This document shows, one piece after another, positions 17,795 to 24,632 of a DNA stretch of 25,681 nucleotides. The first letter of the stretch is position 1. Each line of letters starts with the position of its first letter. A program made the translations under genes and the position numbers. The notes under the pieces were generated by a model. That model did no database searches, was not told the DNA's origin, and was given only the letters and a program-made list of their open reading frames with translations. This DNA comes from Candidatus Rokuibacteriota bacterium (GTDB lineage Bacteria; Methylomirabilota; Methylomirabilia; Rokubacteriales; CSP1-6), in NCBI GenBank assembly GCA_016184305.1, contig JACPCX010000188.1, positions 1 through 25,681 of the forward strand. Direction: 5' to 3'.

Positions 17795-18817
17795 TCAAGG
17801 CGCTCCCGGGAAGTCTGCGTCGGCCCACGACTTCAAGGTATTTGGAATGGCTTCGACTTGAAGCTCAGGGTATTCGCTAGAGAGCCGAGTGTGGATTGCG
17901 GCGGCATCGGGACAGACAAGAACGAGCTTGCTGTTACGGGATCTAAGCGTAGAAAGAATCGGCTGGTAGGACGCCCGGTCGTGAGGGTTGAAGCTATAGC
18001 CGATTGTGACGAGAGGCATCGTGGAGGTTGCGAGCACCTCTGCCGCCCGACTGTAGACCGAATCGCTAAACTCCTTTCTCAACCCCTCGGTCTTGTCCGG
18101 AACCGGCGCCACGACTCGGCGCTCAATTGGCTCGTAGCCGAGAACTGGCGGTAACCGCTGGAGCGGCGTGAATAGGGGGGAGATCGAATCCGGATCGAAG
18201 AGGAACTTCGGGGCGGGCAATGTTTTGTACCACGCGACGCTTTCGCCTGGAGTTGTTTCGAAGGTGAAACTTGACGTGTAGAGGCAGAGGCTGCCATGCA
18301 GGTGCAAGACAAGAGAGATCGAGGACCTGCCGAGCAAGTGATCGTGGCCAGCCGCGACTTCGGCAATCACTGGCATGCCGTAGCCGTCGTGCGGATACCA
18401 GTCTCCTTGACGAAGGAGGAAGAGCTCGGGAAGTGAGTCGTAGTTGAACGTGAGAAACTGGGATCCGCGAAAGCGCGTGAAAAACTTCGAGTAGGAGTTT
18501 GGCGCAGCGCCGGGCGAGGGAAACAGCCGGGGCACGAGGTAATAGTCGGACTTCATCACAGAATGTGTAAGTCGCCGGAGCGGCTCGAACTCGCGCTTCG
18601 CCAGCGATTCCTGGAACAGGCCTTCGATGGACTTATCAACCGGAGGTGACGAAAGGTCGAAGCAGACCTGAGCGAGGTCACCAAGCAGCGGATACGCGCA
18701 ATGGATTTCGTGTTTTCCGATGTAAATCGACTCCCCATACACTGGTCCCACTTCGGAGTTCGCTTCGGCGTTGAAGCCGGCACCAAGCAAGAACACCTGC
18801 CGGTTGTTCGGATTCAT
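17795..18817 (-). CDS. SIR2-like (SIR2_2-type) domain protein, cassette-borne
   Basis: FLLGAGF, TFNYD, LHLHGS and IGYSF...D motifs. Confidence 0.8.
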   Translation of the reverse strand: MNPNNRQVFLLGAGFNAEANSEVGPVYGESIYIGKHEIHCAYPLLGDLAQVCFDLSSPPVDKSIEGLFQESLAKREFEPLRRLTHSVMKSDYYLVPRLFPSPGAAPNSYSKFFTRFRGSQFLTFNYDSLPELFLLRQGDWYPHDGYGMPVIAEVAAGHDHLLGRSSISLVLHLHGSLCLYTSSFTFETTPGESVAWYKTLPAPKFLFDPDSISPLFTPLQRLPPVLGYEPIERRVVAPVPDKTEGLRKEFSDSVYSRAAEVLATSTMPLVTIGYSFNPHDRASYQPILSTLRSRNSKLVLVCPDAAAIHTRLSSEYPELQVEAIPNTLKSWADADFPGAP

Positions 18818-18844
18818 CGAGATGGCTGACGCACGTTCACCGCC

Positions 18845-18902
18845 GCCGAACGCCGCCGCTCAGCGGCCGGCGCAGCCGGTCCGCTGAAGCGGTTCGTTAG
18901 CC
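18845..18902 (-). repeat. attC site 2 (58 bp)
   Basis: R'' GGCTAAC ... R' GTTCGGC; shares an identical 27-nt core (18860-18886) with attC1 (17729-17755). Confidence 0.9.
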
Positions 18903-18968
18903 ACGCAGGCGGATGCGCTCGTGAGCGAACTCGGCACCATTCGGCCACACGATCGACGAGTGTCGTTT

Positions 18969-20408
18969 TCATCGCCACCACCTGATCATCAGCGTCACGA
19001 CAATCGCGACGATGACACCGAAGACGGCGAGCTGAGGGAACGACAAACGTGCTGACAATCCCTCGACGGTCGATCGCATCGCCTGGAGGGCGTCGTCAGT
19101 TCGGTCCAGCCGCTCAGGTAGCCGTTCCAGACGATCGACAGATCGCTCGATCACTCCGGAGCGTTCCTCGAGGCGATCGAGACAGCGCTTCACGCCTGCC
19201 ACACCCTGGTCGATCTCCTCGAGCTTCTCGGCGAGACGCTCCAAGCGCGACCCGAAACCGTCGCTGCACTCCGGCTCGGTTGCCATGATGTCCAGATCTC
19301 GGTCTTCGTAAAGCTCAGTGTCCTCGCCGATCTCGCGTAGCTGCTGGCGAGCCCGTTGGTGGATGCTTGCTCGGACGGGCGCAGGCAGGCTTCGGTTGTC
19401 GGCCAGGCCCTTGAGCGCCGCGACATCATTCCCGGCGACGAGAGACTCGATCTCGTCTTCGTTCAGCGTCCCGATCCGCGCGTACGCCAGCTCCCGACAT
19501 TCGTCGTCCGAGTCCCTCCGGGCAACGTCCAACGTTTCAGCGTGGTCGTCCGGATCACAGGCGCAGACGATCTGTGCGCGGAGTGGCGACAAGCGGCACG
19601 CGCGGTACGTCGTCGCCTTTGCACGGTCGTCAGCGGGCACGTGGCGGTAGACGGCCATCTGAAGATAGTTATCGGGCCATCGCACAGCGCGCCCCCACAG
19701 CGACGTGAGAAATCTGTTCGCTTCGTAGAACGTCGAGCCATGAAGCGGCATCGGGTGCCCCTTGAGTCCAGCACCCTTGACGATCCGCTCGATCATCGCG
19801 CGGTTAGTGAGGAAGGCCCAGCACAACTCGCAACGCTCCGGCAGTTCGATGCCAAGTTGTCGGTCCTCTGGGTCAAAAAGCTGAAGGATGAGACCCGGAT
19901 GAACTTCGGCATTACGCACGAGCGCAAGGCGCTCGGAATGAGACGAATCGCGAAACCACCGGAGCGAATCATCCGGCAACGAGAGAGGCCCGAGGATGCA
20001 GGGGTTCTCTCGCAGAGACGCCCTGACCACGGGCTCGGGATCATCCTTGAGGCGCACGAGGAGGTTCCTGTCGGGGAGCCGGTACCCTGCAGGTTGGCTC
20101 ACGAACTCACTTGCGATGTCCAAGACCTTCAGCCGATCGGGAAACAAGTAGACCTCCGGGGCCAAGGTCTCCCGCTCGCGGTAGTCGAGATGGCGTGCGT
20201 TTCGGGCGATCCATCGCCGGACCTCGACGGACGGATCGCTCACGGCGAGCAGGGCCAGCTCGTACGGTAGTCGATCGTCGCGATACTCGGGGCTGCGATA
20301 GAGGCCTTCAAGGAGCGTGATGCGCCCTTGAACATCGGCCGCCTCGTACTGGGATCTTAGCTCTGCTACCACGTAGGCGTCGTGAATTGCGTATCTCGGG
20401 ATGCTCAT
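18969..20408 (-). CDS. HEAT/LRV-like repeat protein with C-terminal coiled coil and TM anchor
   Basis: Repeats DPSVEVRRWIARN, DPEPVVRASLREN and DSDDECRELAY; heptad-rich region; terminal LAVFGVIVAIVVTLMIRWWR. Confidence 0.7.
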   Translation of the reverse strand: MSIPRYAIHDAYVVAELRSQYEAADVQGRITLLEGLYRSPEYRDDRLPYELALLAVSDPSVEVRRWIARNARHLDYRERETLAPEVYLFPDRLKVLDIASEFVSQPAGYRLPDRNLLVRLKDDPEPVVRASLRENPCILGPLSLPDDSLRWFRDSSHSERLALVRNAEVHPGLILQLFDPEDRQLGIELPERCELCWAFLTNRAMIERIVKGAGLKGHPMPLHGSTFYEANRFLTSLWGRAVRWPDNYLQMAVYRHVPADDRAKATTYRACRLSPLRAQIVCACDPDDHAETLDVARRDSDDECRELAYARIGTLNEDEIESLVAGNDVAALKGLADNRSLPAPVRASIHQRARQQLREIGEDTELYEDRDLDIMATEPECSDGFGSRLERLAEKLEEIDQGVAGVKRCLDRLEERSGVIERSVDRLERLPERLDRTDDALQAMRSTVEGLSARLSFPQLAVFGVIVAIVVTLMIRWWR

Positions 20409-20446
20409 GTGGAGCGCTCCGGCTGTGGGTGGTTGATGCTGTGCCT

Positions 20447-21940
20447 AGACAGTATGACTTCCACGATGTGAGGCTGACCCCCAGCGCTCTTCGCGGGTTA
20501 GCCTGGACGGGCCAGAGCCGCCCTGTGCGCGGGGCACACAACGAGCGTGGAGGTCAGCCATGGACGAGTCTAGCCAGACAACGCTCTTTGTCGGGCTCGA
20601 TGTTCACGAGGGCTCGATCGCCGTCGCCTATGCGCCGGCGGACCGCGCCGCCGAGGTGGTGTCGCGGGGGCGATCGGGACCCGGCAGGGCGACATTGACA
20701 CGCTGATCCGGCGGCTCGAGTCGAAGGGCGCGCCGCTGGTGTTCGTCTACGAGGCGGGGCCATGCGGCTCCTGGCTGTATCGGGACCTCACCGGGAAGGG
20801 CCTGGCCTGCCAGGTCGTGGCGCCGTCGCTGATCCCGCGCAAGGCGGGAGACCGCGTGAAGACGGATCGGCGCGATGCAATCACGCTGGCCCGCTTGATG
20901 CGCAGCGGCGACCTGAGTGCCATCGACGTGCCCGGGATCGAAGACGAGGGGCTGCGGGACTTGAGCCGCGGCCGGGACGACACGATGCAGGATCTCCAGC
21001 GAAGCAAGCGCCGGCTGAAATCGTTCCTGCTGCGGCAGGACATTTGCTACGAGGGCCGGGCGAACTGGAACGCCTTCCAGGAGTACGTGCGCGCGGTCAG
21101 CGAGCAGCAGGAGCGACTGCAGCGCGTGGAGCGCGAGCTGCACGAGGCGGTGAAGGGCTGGCGGCTGTCCCCGGGGGTCGAGGCGATCCGGGCGCTGCGG
21201 GGCGTGGAGCTCACCGGCGCCGTCATCGTGCTGGCCGAGCTTGGGGACCTCACGCGGTTCGATCGCCTGCGCCAGCTGATGAGCGATCTCGGGCTGACCC
21301 CCTCGGAGTACTCGTCGGGGGCGCGGCGCCAGCAGGGGGGCATCACCAAGGCGGGGAACAGCCACGCCCGGCGCGCGCGGGTGGAAGGGGCGTGGACCTA
21401 TCGGTATCCGGCGAACGTGAGCCGGCCCCTCCACCTCCGGCTGGAGAAGCTGCCGCCCGAGGTTCAGGCGATCGGCTGGAAGGCGCAGGTGCGCCTGTGC
21501 CGACGGTATCGCCAGTTGACCGCCCGGGGGAAGCCCGTCACCCAGGTCGTGGTGGCCATGGCCCGCGAGATGGCGGCCTTCGTCTGGGCCATTGCGCGCC
21601 TCGTCCCGCTGGCCGCCTCCTGACGGGGGGCGCCCCATTGAGGCAGACGGAACGCCGAGCCACTGATCACGATCTCGAGCCATCGGCGGAGGCGCGGCCC
21701 CGGTATCGGCGCACTCTTCGATCGCGTGATGAGGCCCCGACCCTCGCCCCGAGAGCGAAGCAGGCGCCGCGACGGACACCTGTACGGTGGTAGCCAACCC
21801 ACGGATCTCAGCATGATCACCCGTCGCAGTGACAGGCTCCGTCTCTTCCGCTGGCTCGAGCAACCCCCCGGGAAGGCCCAAACACGAACGGCCCCCGCGA
21901 TCCGAGGGTCCCCGTAGCTCTTGACAGTGGAAGTAATATC
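20447..21940 (+). mobile_element. IS110-family element of IS1111 type, inserted in attC3
   Basis: Sub-terminal IRs ATGACTTCCAC (20454-20464) and GTGGAAGTAAT (21927-21937) lie 7 nt and 3 nt from the ends. No target duplication; flanks rejoin as GCCT|AAC. Long 3' non-coding region; TTGACA at 21921. Confidence 0.85.
20560..21623 (+). pseudogene. IS110 DEDD transposase/recombinase, frameshifted
   Basis: GGAGG then ATG 20560. FVGLDVH lies in one frame, a 1-nt loss occurs near the G run at 20666-20670, and YEAGP, KTDRRDA and [10 protein letters not shown] lie in the 20739 frame. Probable short internal deletion around ANWN/AFQEY. Confidence 0.85.
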
Positions 21941-22033
21941 AACGTCCGCGGTCAGCCGCGAGCCGCACGCAGCGGCCTCGTTCTCTTCACCCGGCGTCGC
22001 GCGCGGCTCGGCGGCTGGAGCGCGCTGTTCGGC
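21941..22033 (-). repeat. attC site 3 (interrupted; remaining 4 bp at 20443-20446)
   Basis: R'' GCCGAAC; stem tcagccgcgagccgc/gcggctcggcggctgGa. R' reconstructs to canonical GTTAGGC when the IS is removed. Confidence 0.85.
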
Positions 22034-22260
22034 AGCCCACCTTTGCCGCGGACAGCGCGTGCAGTGTTGAGAACTCCCCGCAGAGCCTCGTTGACGGCGT
22101 CGGGCGAGGGAAACGCCGCAGCGACTTCGGGTTCCAAGAGGACCAAGTTGCTCCCCTTGCGGAGTCGCGCGACGTACTTGCCGCGTACGCCACCCCTCAT
22201 CGACGCGAAGTCGTACTCGGGCAGGAGGTCGTTATTGTTCCGTCGCTTTGCCTTGCCCAT
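21952..22260 (-). CDS. BrnA-like antitoxin
   Basis: LLPEYDF...VRGKY...LEPEVAAAFP...VNEALR motif. Real start is probably ATG 22260, overlapping the brnT end. Confidence 0.75.
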   Translation of the reverse strand: MGKAKRRNNNDLLPEYDFASMRGGVRGKYVARLRKGSNLVLLEPEVAAAFPSPDAVNEALRGVLNTARAVRGKGGLPNSALQPPSRARRRVKRTRPLRAARG

Positions 22261-22522
22261 AGAATGCTCGCTCGCGCCTCGTTGCTCGGCGGGCGCTGAT
22301 GATGCGGATGGTGTCATTTCGTTCTGTGTGTGCGACGACGAGAAGCCTCCCACGGTCGGATACGCCGATCGTAACAAAACGCCGCTCGTCCGTGGAGTGT
22401 GCCTCGTCGGGGAACGTGGTCGAGAGTGCGTCCTCCAGCACCGTTGCCGCCTCCTGAAAGTGTACTCGGTGTTTCTTGAGGTTCGCGGCCGCCTTTGCGG
22501 CGCTCCACTCAAACTTCACCAT
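22232..22522 (-). CDS. brnT: BrnT family toxin
   Basis: FEW...KA..NLKKH.V.F.EA, HS..E.RF..IG and IRIISARRAT..ER..Y motifs. Confidence 0.92.
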   Translation of the reverse strand: MVKFEWSAAKAAANLKKHRVHFQEAATVLEDALSTTFPDEAHSTDERRFVTIGVSDRGRLLVVAHTERNDTIRIISARRATRRERAFYGQGKATEQ

Positions 22523-22560
22523 GGCTGGGTCCGTACCCGTTCATGCGTGGTCGTCAGTCT

Positions 22561-22619
22561 GCCGAACGCCCGGCGTCAGCCGCGGCCCGCGGGCCGTCGG
22601 CTGAACGACGTGGTTCGAC
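22561..22619 (-). repeat. attC site 4 (59 bp)
   Basis: R'' GTCGAAC ... R' GTTCGGC; stem tcagccgcggccc/gggccgTcggctgAa; lies 5 bp after the toxin stop. Confidence 0.88.
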
Positions 22620-22624
22620 GCCCG

Positions 22625-22984
22625 TCACGCTTCGCCATCTTCAAGGGTATTCACGCCACGGAGCATCCTGACGACCGCTTCGATGAGTTGCTCGCGGGCC
22701 TCCGAGCTCAGAGTGGCGACCTGACCAGCCATCAACTCTCGGCTCGCGGTGAACAGCTTGCCGGGCCGGGCGTGGCTGTCGAAACGAAGGGAGCCCGAGC
22801 TGAAGCTCGACGCCGCCAACCAAACGGCTCGCGGGTCGCCGTAGGGGTTACTGGTGACCTGGCAAAGGATCCAGTCATGCCGACCGGCGTCGGCCAGGAC
22901 GATTGCGGAACGCAGCTTCGGCTGAGAGAGATCCGAGAGCGGAAACCGGACGAGAACTATCCCGCCGGCTGAAGGTGTGACCAC
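22625..22984 (-). CDS. PemK/MazF family toxin
   Basis: G.IVLVRFP.SDLSQ.KLR.AIVL, ILCQVTS and S..RPGKLFT motifs. Confidence 0.85.
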   Translation of the reverse strand: MVTPSAGGIVLVRFPLSDLSQPKLRSAIVLADAGRHDWILCQVTSNPYGDPRAVWLAASSFSSGSLRFDSHARPGKLFTASRELMAGQVATLSSEAREQLIEAVVRMLRGVNTLEDGEA

Positions 22985-23169
22985 GCCGCTTCCTCCTCGG
23001 GCCGGCTCCAGTCAGCAAGTGCCCGCTCACTCAAGAGCGCGCGCTCGTCACTCCCTGGCGCATCGTCGAGAATTGTGACGAGCGCGCGGCGCGGTCCTGG
23101 GAGCTGGATGTCGTCCAGCAGGCGAACGTTGCCACTCGCGTCGACTACGGCTTCGACTGTGCGGATCAT
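22957..23169 (-). CDS. Putative antitoxin partner of the MazF-like toxin
   Basis: 70 aa with GGAGG RBS; acidic C-terminus LSERALADWSRPEEEAAWSHL; overlaps the toxin start. Confidence 0.75.
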   Translation of the reverse strand: MIRTVEAVVDASGNVRLLDDIQLPGPRRALVTILDDAPGSDERALLSERALADWSRPEEEAAWSHLQPAG

Positions 23170-23219
23170 CAGCGCCCTCCCCTCGTGATCATACCGCAGC
23201 GCGTCGGTCTCCGTAGTGC

Positions 23220-23304
23220 GGCGAACGGGGGCGGCGGATGAGCGGCGGGAGGAACCGCGAGCTTGCTCGCGGGGCCGACCGTCCGCTCCAGTCGCCCGTC
23301 AGGC
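23220..23304 (-). repeat. attC site 5 (degenerate)
   Basis: R'' GCCTGAC (AAC changed to GAC) ... R' GTTCGCC; stem tgagcggcgg/ccgTccgctcCa with inner palindrome cgcgagc/gctcgcg. Confidence 0.7.
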
Positions 23305-23348
23305 GGCTGTCAATCCGCCGCCCCCGATGGCGCGGCGCCAAGCGTCCG

Positions 23349-23411
23349 CGCCATCGGGCATGGTGAGCGGCCGGCCCCTCTGGGCCGGTCCGCTCCACCA
23401 TGTTGTTCGCC
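23349..23411 (-). repeat. attC site 6 (degenerate R')
   Basis: R'' GGCGAAC 4 bp after the hicA stop; stem tgagcggccggccc/gggccggTccgctcCa; R' reads GAT instead of GTT. Confidence 0.75.
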
Positions 23412-23415
23412 AGGC

Positions 23416-23607
23416 TCACCGGCCAATCTCCGGTACCGAAAGGGCCCGGCAGATCTTCCGGGCCAGCACATCCGAGATCTCGGTGTGCATGGGCACGGTC
23501 TCGAGATCTCCCGTCGTAGGATTGGTCCAAAGGGAATGCGCCCGGCCTTCCCGCTTCAAGTGACACCCGTGCTTCCTCAGGCGGCGAAGCAGGTCGCCCC
23601 GCTTCAC
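23416..23607 (-). CDS. hicA: HicA family toxin
   Basis: 63 aa: L...GC.LKREG..HS.W.NP...VP.H.EI...LA..IC. Confidence 0.9.
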   Translation of the reverse strand: MKRGDLLRRLRKHGCHLKREGRAHSLWTNPTTGDLETVPMHTEISDVLARKICRALSVPEIGR

Positions 23608-23819
23608 CCGACGACCACCTTCTCTCGGGTCGCCCCCGCGGGTATGCCCCGCAGGCCGTCCTTGCGCCTGTCCTCAAGAATCAGGGCGATGGCGTCGCTC
23701 AGGCTCTTCAAGGCTGCCGCCTTCGTCCTGCCGTGGCCATTCGCGCCCGGAATCTCCGGACAGTAGGCGATGTACCAGCGTCTGTCCCGTTCCACTACCG
23801 CGGTGAACTCGTTCCGCAT
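23604..23819 (-). CDS. hicB: Short HicB family antitoxin
   Basis: GGAGGAGG then MRNEFTAVVERD..WYIAYCPEIPGANG.G.T; its TGA overlaps the hicA start. Confidence 0.88.
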   Translation of the reverse strand: MRNEFTAVVERDRRWYIAYCPEIPGANGHGRTKAAALKSLSDAIALILEDRRKDGLRGIPAGATREKVVVG

Positions 23820-23873
23820 GCCTCCTCCTGACTCCGCTTCAAGCGTAGCGCATGTCTGGCGCTGCGTTGCTCT

Positions 23874-23931
23874 GGCGAACGCCGCCGGTGAGCGGCCGGG
23901 GAAGCCGGTCCGATCGAGTGGCCTGTTAGCC
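23874..23931 (-). repeat. attC site 7 (58 bp)
   Basis: R'' GGCTAAC contains the TAA stop of the upstream gene; R' GTTCGCC; stem is related to attC1 and attC2. Confidence 0.88.
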
Positions 23932-24632
23932 AGACCCCTCCGACGTTCGAGCACGGCAGAAATGGTCACCAAGCGCCCGAAGAGCCGCTGTCGCCTCACG
24001 TAAGAGGTGCTCCATGATCTCCGGCTTTCTCTGACCGCCTGCGCTCACTTTTGCGAGAATCTTGTCGTAACGGTCACCCTTGCGATGCCCGGCATCTGCG
24101 GAGCGAAGGGCCTGGAGATCTCGCAGGAACTGGACTACAACAGCCGTCTGAGGGAAGCCCCTGGCAGTAAGGAACCGTTCGAACTTCGTGATGCCCTTCT
24201 CGTCTTTCTGCCCAGGCCCCGCTTGGGCAACCAAAGCCTGCTCATTGAGCGAGTCAATCAAGAGCTTCGTAAGCACAAGGACTTGTTGATCGAGTTTCGA
24301 TTGCGAGTTCGTCACCGGCACCCGGACGGTGGCCAACAAATACTCGTCGGCCGGATCCGGGGCGAGAAAGAGGAGCCAACCGATGACGTTACGCCAGGAG
24401 GTGTTGAGACGCTCGTACGCTGCCCGAAAGATCAGATCCGGGGCCTGAGGAGGAGCAAACTGCGCCAAAAAGCTCCGACGATAGTTCGTCTCGCTGATCT
24501 CGCCTTGAGGAGGTACGTTGAACTGCTTCCAATGGAGACGCTCCTCGTACGGGAGGTCGCGGCCGAGGTCTCCCAGGAAGACAGCCACATGGGTTTCGTG
24601 ATTGGCGTCGATCTGGATACTCCAGAGGCTAA
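23926..24632 (-). pseudogene. 3' part of a hypothetical cassette gene, truncated by the ISAzo13-family element
   Basis: Open frame WSIQIDANHETHVAVFLGDLGRDLPYEERLHWKQFN ... LQALRS...HRKG. The ORF-track start (24675) lies inside the IS end. Confidence 0.7.

Larger units (their letters stand above)
17714..23931 (-). mobile_element. Integron gene-cassette array (7 attC sites; no intI in window)
   Basis: Every 1-2 co-oriented minus-strand genes are followed by a 58-97 bp imperfect palindrome bounded by AAC/GTT cores. Confidence 0.9.

Noticed and set aside
17714..23931. CRISPR array or REP elements
   Set aside because: The repeats are separated by whole genes, vary in length, have attC core and extrahelical-base architecture, and no cas genes are present.
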